A stretch of DNA of 64,000 nucleotides from a virus (taxonomy: Duplodnaviria; Caudoviricetes). The DNA lies in IMG/VR virus record IMGVR_UViG_3300048917_000233, positions 3,368-67,367 of that record, one strand, 5' to 3'. How positions within the stretch are numbered: position 1 is the stretch's first letter; each line of letters begins with the position of its first letter. Of the stretch, positions 7,846 to 16,100 are shown piece by piece. Below the pieces are notes generated by a model that was not told the origin of the DNA, did not search any database, and worked only from the letters and a program-made list of their open reading frames with translations. A program made the position numbers and the translations under genes.

Positions 7846-10800
7846 TTAAAATACACCCCAAGCCGATGTTGAAATAGCCATTATTTCTTTTACTTCATAT
7901 TGGGTCGTTAGCGTAAATGAAGTACTCCCGTCTATCGTATCACTACCAGCCCTCTGTATCGTAATTGTATTCCCACTATTATCCATTCGTTTGAATTTGT
8001 AATAAAGACCAACTACACCAGTAGCGGCTGGCAACGTAACCGTTACATTCCCCGATGTAGCATCTATAAGATAAACATAAGCCTGAGTATTAGCTGTTGT
8101 GTTAGAGGTTATTGTTAATGCTTTATAAAACACAGCACCGCCCGCTTGCAATATACCTACATACGTATTATTCCCTGTAGCGTACAAGGGAATAGTTGTG
8201 GGAACTGATACGCCTAACCCTACATTATTATTCGTATCTATGTAAACCCCCGGACCTTTAGTAAAAATAGTTGGCGTTGGAGTATATCCTAATTCCAAAA
8301 ACTTATCGCTGCCTAATCCTGAAGCCATAGAATAAACATGCGTACCAGTTGGATTAGATAATAATACGCAACTCGAATTTATGGCGTAATTAAATATCCC
8401 ATTGAATGTCAAGTTATGACTAGCTCCTGTTACCGTTCTATTCCCCGCCAATGTGCCGTCTGCATTATATATATTAGTAGCGCTTATTCCAGGCACGGCA
8501 GCTTTCTTAATATTACCACTATCATCCATGTAAAGCATGTTAACTGGCGTCCCTATACTATCGGCTTTTGCATTTATATTACCATTTACCGAAAGTTTTT
8601 CTGTACCTACTAAAGCTGATCTGTTAATCATCACAGCATCTGAAAATCTAGCCATAGAATTAACCTGAAATGGAGCCGACCCAGTAACTGTATTACTACC
8701 AACAACTACAAAAGGAGACAAGCCAAATCCTAGATTCAAATTAATACCAGTCGCCGCCGTTCTGTCATAACCAACAAGCACTGCTGTAGAAGATGCAACG
8801 CCGATCTCAGCAGCTGCACCAGCGTAACCCGTCCCAGATAAAAATCCCGTAAACCTACCAAACTTGCTGTTAACGCCACCCGATGACACTTGCAATAATT
8901 CATCTGTTCCGCCCGATGGAGTAGTGGTATTAATCATTACCGGTTCGCCGAGGAAGTTTAATGACAAGGGTTTGGGCGCTGATGCATCTCTGTCATAGCC
9001 GAATATTACTCCCTTCCCGCCTATATAATCTATTTCAACACCCTCGCCGGTTAACCCGCTTGGTGAACTACCAGTAGCACGTAGCGATGTACCTTTGATC
9101 ATACCGTTTACCTGTATTACTTCAACCGCTGTTGGGGATGTAACATTACCAAAGTAACCTCCACCTACCAAACTAATAGATGCCCCCTGTGGCGTGGGAA
9201 GAGTCGTGCTATTTTGTATTATTTGATCTTTTGAATACCTGATCACGTTACCAGTACTGTCTTGACCTATAACAACGCTTTTATACGTAGCAGTATCTGA
9301 GTTTCTTAGCTTTAACCGCTGAAATTCTACGTACCCATTTATTGACATGTTCTGATCCGTACTCATAACAGAATCGCCAATTTCTTTATAAATTGAATTA
9401 ACGTACACATACGCTCCATAATCATTTGGGTGTATCCCATCGACAAGCAAATTAGTAGGATTTCTATATAATTCAGCCGAATAAATATCAACCCACTTTG
9501 TGCCTTTCGCAATAGCAATACTATAGGTAGCGCCTCTAAATTTCTGCTGCTTGGCTAACGTGCTCGTAGGGAATGCAACAGGATCTATGTATGACGGAGC
9601 CAATATTACTATTCTACTTGCAGGCCATCCACGTGCTATAACAAGCGTATCTATGTATTTCCTATACGTAGTATCAAACGCCGTAGAATCAGTCCCTGCA
9701 TTATTTATGTCATTTACGCCCCACTCTAAAACTATCCATCTATACTTAGCCCGGCTAAAAACAGGGAGCGTTGGGATATTTGCCACGCCCTGATTTAGTA
9801 AGGTGGCACCACTGATCCCCGCATTAGACTCTATAGAGTTTAACTTATTAGACAATACAGTAGAGTACCTATTCCCGGTAGTTTGACCTACCCCAACCGT
9901 GATAGACGTACCCCTAAAGTGAACTGAATCTGCATTGTACGGGTCTTGATTTATTCGCAAATTCAACAATCTTGCACTATCAACAACGATAGTATTTGAT
10001 GTTTTATCATAAACAAACCCGGCATCTCCACCAAATGAACCGGCATCATTGAATTGAACTTGGGTATTGCTGCCTCCTGGCGAGCCACTGCCGCCAGTAG
10101 AATTAATTGTCTGATTGGGCCACGAGCCCGTAATGGTCACATTAGTTCCCGCCACTAATGATGGCGATGAAGTCCCAGTACCTCCATTTGCAATAGGCAA
10201 TATGCCAGTAACATGCGTTGTCAAATCAATTTTACCCCACGAAGGGGCAGTCCCAACGCCCCCGGATATTAAAGCATTTCCAGTTGAAACATCTGCTAAT
10301 TTACTCCATGTATTTGATGCGCTACCATAAAGAAGATCGCCGGTTGTCACCGTATTTTGCCCGGTGCCTCCGAACGTTGGACCTATTGTGGTTCCATTCC
10401 ATACTCCGGTCCCTATAGTCCCCAATGTAGTTATAGAGGTTTGCCCAACATACGTAGCAGCAATATCCACAACAGGAGTTGTAGTCGGATTGATTACGGA
10501 AATTCTATTGGTAGTCCCAGATACACTTGTAACAGTCCCCCCACCACCTCCTCCTCCAGCACTATCCAGAATAGCATGCTGAGTCCCATTTATCTTAAAA
10601 TAAATACTATCAATCCCGGGTATTCTAAATATCGTATCGACTGCTGGCCCTCCCGGTGGATTTCGAAGAGATATTAATCCAGCCCCATTATCTGTAAAAT
10701 CGCTATTATTGAATGTGGCCGCCCCCTTGGTGCCTGTATTATTTGCATCAGGAATACTTATTCCGCCTGTAGTTGAATTGTATACTATTGGCGAAGTCCC

Positions 10801-11460
10801 AGACAATAAACTTCTTACTTTCAAGTAAAAATTAGGAATCATTCCGGTATCTGTAGTAGCCACGGTTCCATTAGCTCGTACATATTGCGTAGATAACCCC
10901 GGCATAGTAACATTTAATGTGCCGCTTGTTGTTATAGGAGAACCGCTAACAGAAAAAGCAGACGGCATAGATAACGCAACACTTGTTACGGTTCCAGACC
11001 CTCCACCGCCACCACCGGATGAACGGCCTAATATCTGAAATGTGTATGGGCTTCCTTTAATTGTATATCCTACAGTAGAATCATTCACGCGATACATAGT
11101 ATCTACTAATCTTGTTGATTGCGCCAACCATTTGCCGATAGTATCAGTAATATTTAGTTTTAGGTTTATTCTATTGCTTAAAGAAGCCGTATCCCGATTT
11201 AACAGGCCGCGAAACCAGAGATGCCCCCCTGCACTAAACCAGAAAGCAGTATCACCCCCTTGTATTCTTACTAATTGTGTTCCTGGGTAACGCGCATTAA
11301 ATGTGTCAAGTATTGGATTAACTACGGGACTGTCTAAAATAATCCACGAAGCCTTTGTATTACCATTAAATATTCTTGAAGGGAATGTGCTACTAGGCAA
11401 TTGCGCCTTTGCTGCTATCCCGATACTAAAGAATAATAATATATATATTATGTATTTCAT
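7846..11460 (-). CDS. tail fibre/spike-like protein with SGNH esterase domain and N-terminal signal peptide
   Basis: Fibre motifs GTVTSV, TLGTIGTGVWNGT, ILPIANGGTG and C-terminal DATSGNVTVTLPAA; SGNH blocks GTSIT, WGVND, DGIHPN; MKYIIYILLFFSIGIAAKA|Q. Confidence 0.8.
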   Translation of the reverse strand: MKYIIYILLFFSIGIAAKAQLPSSTFPSRIFNGNTKASWIILDSPVVNPILDTFNARYPGTQLVRIQGGDTAFWFSAGGHLWFRGLLNRDTASLSNRINLKLNITDTIGKWLAQSTRLVDTMYRVNDSTVGYTIKGSPYTFQILGRSSGGGGGGSGTVTSVALSMPSAFSVSGSPITTSGTLNVTMPGLSTQYVRANGTVATTDTGMIPNFYLKVRSLLSGTSPIVYNSTTGGISIPDANNTGTKGAATFNNSDFTDNGAGLISLRNPPGGPAVDTIFRIPGIDSIYFKINGTQHAILDSAGGGGGGGTVTSVSGTTNRISVINPTTTPVVDIAATYVGQTSITTLGTIGTGVWNGTTIGPTFGGTGQNTVTTGDLLYGSASNTWSKLADVSTGNALISGGVGTAPSWGKIDLTTHVTGILPIANGGTGTSSPSLVAGTNVTITGSWPNQTINSTGGSGSPGGSNTQVQFNDAGSFGGDAGFVYDKTSNTIVVDSARLLNLRINQDPYNADSVHFRGTSITVGVGQTTGNRYSTVLSNKLNSIESNAGISGATLLNQGVANIPTLPVFSRAKYRWIVLEWGVNDINNAGTDSTAFDTTYRKYIDTLVIARGWPASRIVILAPSYIDPVAFPTSTLAKQQKFRGATYSIAIAKGTKWVDIYSAELYRNPTNLLVDGIHPNDYGAYVYVNSIYKEIGDSVMSTDQNMSINGYVEFQRLKLRNSDTATYKSVVIGQDSTGNVIRYSKDQIIQNSTTLPTPQGASISLVGGGYFGNVTSPTAVEVIQVNGMIKGTSLRATGSSPSGLTGEGVEIDYIGGKGVIFGYDRDASAPKPLSLNFLGEPVMINTTTPSGGTDELLQVSSGGVNSKFGRFTGFLSGTGYAGAAAEIGVASSTAVLVGYDRTAATGINLNLGFGLSPFVVVGSNTVTGSAPFQVNSMARFSDAVMINRSALVGTEKLSVNGNINAKADSIGTPVNMLYMDDSGNIKKAAVPGISATNIYNADGTLAGNRTVTGASHNLTFNGIFNYAINSSCVLLSNPTGTHVYSMASGLGSDKFLELGYTPTPTIFTKGPGVYIDTNNNVGLGVSVPTTIPLYATGNNTYVGILQAGGAVFYKALTITSNTTANTQAYVYLIDATSGNVTVTLPAATGVVGLYYKFKRMDNSGNTITIQRAGSDTIDGSTSFTLTTQYEVKEIMAISTSAWGVF

Positions 11461-11461
11461 A

Positions 11462-12040
11462 TTATACTGCGACTAATTGAATCATGTGAAAATTAAACAA
11501 CCATTCGTTCTGCACGGGGTTGCTAAACACCACTACCACATTAGTTGGATTGTATGTTGCCGTAAAGCTAAATTGGAGGGCATCGCCATAAGGCACTTCA
11601 TTCCCATCTAATGTTATTTCTAGGCTAGGGTTAACTACCCCGGCATAATTAAACGTTATTTGAGTATCTCCAGCATTCATCAATGCGCCTGGACGGCCTA
11701 CTCTGAATTGTGGATTGGGAGTTGCTATTGTCACGTTGCCTCCTGTTGTTGGATTAATGATATTACCAGTATTACCACTATTAAGAATAATCTTAGCCTC
11801 GCGAATGTATCTGCCACACAAATCATATAAATACAAACTAGTGTCATTTATACTTTCGGCGGTGCTATCAATACCATTCTTCCATTCAATAGACTTCCGG
11901 ACAAGTTCTATTAACCATGAAAGATTTGGTGCCTTGTCTCCTCCACGGAATAGCATGTTTTGAGAAATCCTATCAGCAGCCAAAAACTGGCTTATTTTCC
12001 CATAATTCAAATATGTTACTGTTGGTACGAAAATGCCCAT
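11462..12040 (-). CDS. putative virion protein (fibre attachment/hub-like)
   Basis: Between ejection genes and fibre; helical N-terminus and beta-rich C-terminus. Confidence 0.55.
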   Translation of the reverse strand: MGIFVPTVTYLNYGKISQFLAADRISQNMLFRGGDKAPNLSWLIELVRKSIEWKNGIDSTAESINDTSLYLYDLCGRYIREAKIILNSGNTGNIINPTTGGNVTIATPNPQFRVGRPGALMNAGDTQITFNYAGVVNPSLEITLDGNEVPYGDALQFSFTATYNPTNVVVVFSNPVQNEWLFNFHMIQLVAV

Positions 12041-12570
12041 TAGAAAAACATATTTTCATTGTTAATTAAATAGAACGCCCGATTAATTGCACTTTGCGCC
12101 GCAAATTGGTCATCATACAAAGTCGCCTGTTCTGCATTCTCCTTCTCATTGTACATAATCTGCATACTATCTTGCCATTGAGTGTCATTTAACAATGATG
12201 GACTAGCCGCCAATTGTTGCACTTTACCGTAAATGAAATCATTGATATAATTTAAAAACGTCACAACTTCCGTAGCTGTATAAATTGATCCCGGTTGCGG
12301 ATTATTAGACAACCACACAACATTGGCCGACAACGAATAATCAGTCAATAATACCCCAGTTATCGTAATGCTAGAGCCTGCGCTGAATGGGAAATCTATA
12401 TACATAGTAGTTGTTCCTGGTGGCACCAATGTCGTTGTATCTATTTTATATAGTCTGATTTGTCGGCCAGCAAAAGTACCTTGTCCCTCCCCAGAGTAAT
12501 CGGAGGTATCAGTAATAATAATATTCTGAATATTTGAGCTTTGTGTAACCGTGAATGTTCCTGTAAACAT
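12040..12570 (-). CDS. putative virion protein (tail hub-like)
   Basis: Beta-rich N-terminus, helical C-terminus; late-operon position. Confidence 0.55.
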   Translation of the reverse strand: MFTGTFTVTQSSNIQNIIITDTSDYSGEGQGTFAGRQIRLYKIDTTTLVPPGTTTMYIDFPFSAGSSITITGVLLTDYSLSANVVWLSNNPQPGSIYTATEVVTFLNYINDFIYGKVQQLAASPSLLNDTQWQDSMQIMYNEKENAEQATLYDDQFAAQSAINRAFYLINNENMFF

Positions 12571-12608
12571 TGCAAATCAGGCTTTAATTATTATATAAAA
12601 ATACTGTT

Positions 12609-13112
12609 TTATTTGCTTACCTTGACCATCACTTTTTTCTGAACCTCCGGACTAACTGCCATACTCGTAGTTGCCGGGATTTTCCCATTTAGCCCCTGAT
12701 TTATCACGCTTGCGCTTTCCCTAAATCCTTGCACTGGGCCGTATCCAAGTGATTTACTTTTTGCAATTATATTATTCACATCAGCATCATTAGATCCAAT
12801 ATTATAAAATGCCCTTAATTTATCCTCTAATGGTAATTTTACCACTTCTGGGCGTTGATTAAATATATAGGCATGGTTCATTACTTTTATGGCCTTATCT
12901 TGCCCCAGTTGCCCCACCAAAGACCCGAATATTGCCTTTTTATCTTCCGGGCTTAATGTATTCCCTTTACCGACAAGCTCTGCCAATCTATCTCGTAAAT
13001 CAAAATCCCCAGAAATTGGATTGTGAGGATTTAATAACATCCCCTCGGAGGTTACAGTTTTAACTGGATCTCCTGCTGGGGGTGCTACTTTCAATAAGAC
13101 TTTCTTTGCCAT
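12609..13112 (-). CDS. putative internal virion protein
   Basis: Follows large ejection protein; 167 aa. Confidence 0.55.
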   Translation of the reverse strand: MAKKVLLKVAPPAGDPVKTVTSEGMLLNPHNPISGDFDLRDRLAELVGKGNTLSPEDKKAIFGSLVGQLGQDKAIKVMNHAYIFNQRPEVVKLPLEDKLRAFYNIGSNDADVNNIIAKSKSLGYGPVQGFRESASVINQGLNGKIPATTSMAVSPEVQKKVMVKVSK

Positions 13113-13115
13113 ATA

Positions 13116-16100
13116 TTAACGAGTTTTGTGTGTACTATGTGATGTTTTGTGTTTTGTCGTTTTATGCCCTCCAACAGAACCTGTTGCGCCAGCCCCTCCG
13201 CCAGAACCTCCCTTCTCCTTACCTATAATACCAGTTTCTTTTAATATTTGCGGCTCAAATCTTCTCTTTACATCCTCCTCCAGCTTCTTAGCCTCATATG
13301 GGTTATTGAATGCGCCAATAGTATGTGCTATGGTTTCAACCACGGGTATTTGCTCTGTAAGAGCGCCTACGCTTGCCAGTCCAGCTTTTTCAATAGATTC
13401 AGGAGTAGAGGCATGTTTGTTTTCCCTGTAATTATCGTACACCCTTCTCGCTGTTGCCGCAAACTGAATTATTTCTAGCGGCAAAGCGTGCTGAACAGGT
13501 TTTGGTATCATCTTGCCGCCTACAGACATTTCATCAGAAATCAAATCCCCCTGATCGCGTTGCTTATTCGGGTTGAACTTGCTATAAAGTCCCCCAAACT
13601 GAGAATACCCATACCAGCCTATTAGCCACAATGCAGTTCCCAGAGTTCCTTGCTTCAGTTGACGCATTACTGAATCTGCTTCTTCAGGCGCAAGACTTTC
13701 AATCCCTTTTCGATACGCGTTGATTACGTCCACACCGCCTTTTATTAATCCAAAAGGAGATGTACTAACCATTCTACGAGCAATATTAGTAGGTACAGTA
13801 CTCACAGGGATCATAAAATCTGCCAAGAATTTATAGGTTGCCCCTATATTACCTGACGCCTCCATATCATGCTTCCATTCACCAAATCTCTTAGACAACC
13901 AGTTCTGCTCTTGAAATATCTCATATTGCGCTCTTTTATACGCGGCAGTCTCTAATGATTGCAATACCAAATCATCATTTATATCCAGCCCATTCCTTTC
14001 AGCCCATACTAATGCATTCTTTAGGGATGCCTCATAAACACCTCTTTTAAGAGGATCTTTAATTACTTGGTGTAAATCTGTAGGCAAGTACAGCCCCGGT
14101 ATATGTTCATAAGTACCTGGAGAGAATTTTTTACTAAGAGGCGATTCGCCGCTTTTCAAGATTTCCCATGAATTTTTTACAAATTTCTTAGGGTTGAAAA
14201 ATTCTTTATAGAACTTAGCCTCAGCCCCAGCATTAACAAACCCCTCTATTGGAGCCTTCTCAGCTACCCCCTTAAAGGCATGCCCATATATAGCGCCTAT
14301 CATTTGTTCCGGAATACGCTTTGCGGCTCCTCCAATAGTAGCAGCGGCAGCTAATTTCCCCAATACATTGTACCCGCTTAATACAGATAATCTAACACCT
14401 CTGCCTACCCACATTAATGCCTTTTGATACATGTTTTTCTGTGACTCAAATGCTCTCCTTTTCTCTATTCTTATTTTATAGTTGGCGTTTACAATTCGTT
14501 GCTTTTCTTTTAATATCTCTTCACTAAATGGGGTTTGTTTTTTTTCAGCAGGGAGCAAATACTTTTTATTCTTATATCTACTTTCCAGTCCCTTTCTTCT
14601 TTGTTGCAGTTTTTTTATTTCCTTTTGCACATCGGTTGTTAATATATCCTTTGCTGCGACTATAGCTTCTTTATTTTTTTCTCGTATATTATTTAGCCGA
14701 CCTCTTAAATCTTGCAATTTTTTATTTTTCTCTTGTTTTTTCTGTGGCGTGTCTTCTTCCATTTTGGTAGCTTCTGCAATTTTAGTCCACAAGTTAGCCT
14801 CAGTTCTAAAATCACGCAATCTTTGAGCAATTGGAGAAATAAGACCTTCTTGCTCCTTATATTTACCTGCAAGCAAGTTTACAATATCCGCCTTTGTTAT
14901 GCCGTCCAGTTCATCCTTCAGAACATCATGCAATCTATTAATTACTTCTTCTGTTTTTTGCACACCCTCTTCAGCATAACTCTTTATTAATTTGAATATT
15001 TCTGGAGTTATGGAAATAAGCTCTTTAGCAAATGGAAGAGGGACAGCAGTTAACCCGCTTTCGCCAGTTCTGCCTTTCTTAAGTTTATCAAGAATATCCT
15101 TCTTTATTTGACTTCTTTCTGCTTTAAAATCAGTAGATGTCTTCTTTGTATTTTTCGGCGCTCCTTGTTTCTTGACCGTATCTTCCGCAGCTTTATTCTT
15201 TTCTTCGGCCTGAAGTTTAGCCAATTTATTAAGCGCCTCATCTCTTTCCTTTAATGCGCGATCTAGTTTAGCCTGCACATCTTTTGGTATTTTACCACCA
15301 TACGCATCTTTTATAGTAGCTAAATCTCTACTAGCATTAAAACCATTATCGGTAACTATTTGTCGAATATTACCAACATCCGACCACGCTTTACCACTAA
15401 TAATATTAGCCTGCGTCGCTGCATCTATTTCATCAGATAATTGCTGCAATTGCTCATTTAATTCAGCCTTCTCTGTATCCGCGGTAGCATTTGCCAATCT
15501 TTCCCGCAGGTTAGTATCATGCTGCGCCAATTGATGCATATAATACAACATAGCCTTTGCCTCATCTGGCTGCATCCCTTCTTTAGTGTCCAAAATCCGG
15601 TTAACAATATCTATCGGATTAATCACGCTATTATCCACTAAACTTTTACCCTCCAAAAGCACTTCCTGATCCGTCCCCAGTTTACCTACCTCAACCGGTG
15701 GCAGCTTCCTTTCAAATCTGGTAGCCTTAGATATTATGTTCTTAATGCCAGTTTTTTTATCTCCCGGCTCCTCGATGAATGGCAATTCATACACCTCGTC
15801 AATTTTCAAATCAGCTACCCCTTCTTTACCCGTATTTTTACCTTCTTCTTTGAGTTCTCCTCCGACTTCTTCTCTGGGAGTGCTTTCGGGTTGGATGTTT
15901 CCTGCGCCCATTCCTTCGCCATCTGTGGTTTGTTGGCGAACATCCATTTCATTTGTGCTTTCGACTGGAACGGCATGTGATAATTCTTTATTTGTTATAA
16001 AATCTTTTGTTGTTTCATCAGTCCATTTACCACCTGTTTTTGACAAGGCATCGAGTGCCCTCATCACCTTACTATGACTTACTACATGGGTATCTTCTGG

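Noticed and set aside
7846-11460. Diversity-generating retroelement target in the fibre
   Set aside because: No reverse transcriptase and no TR/VR repeat pair seen in the window
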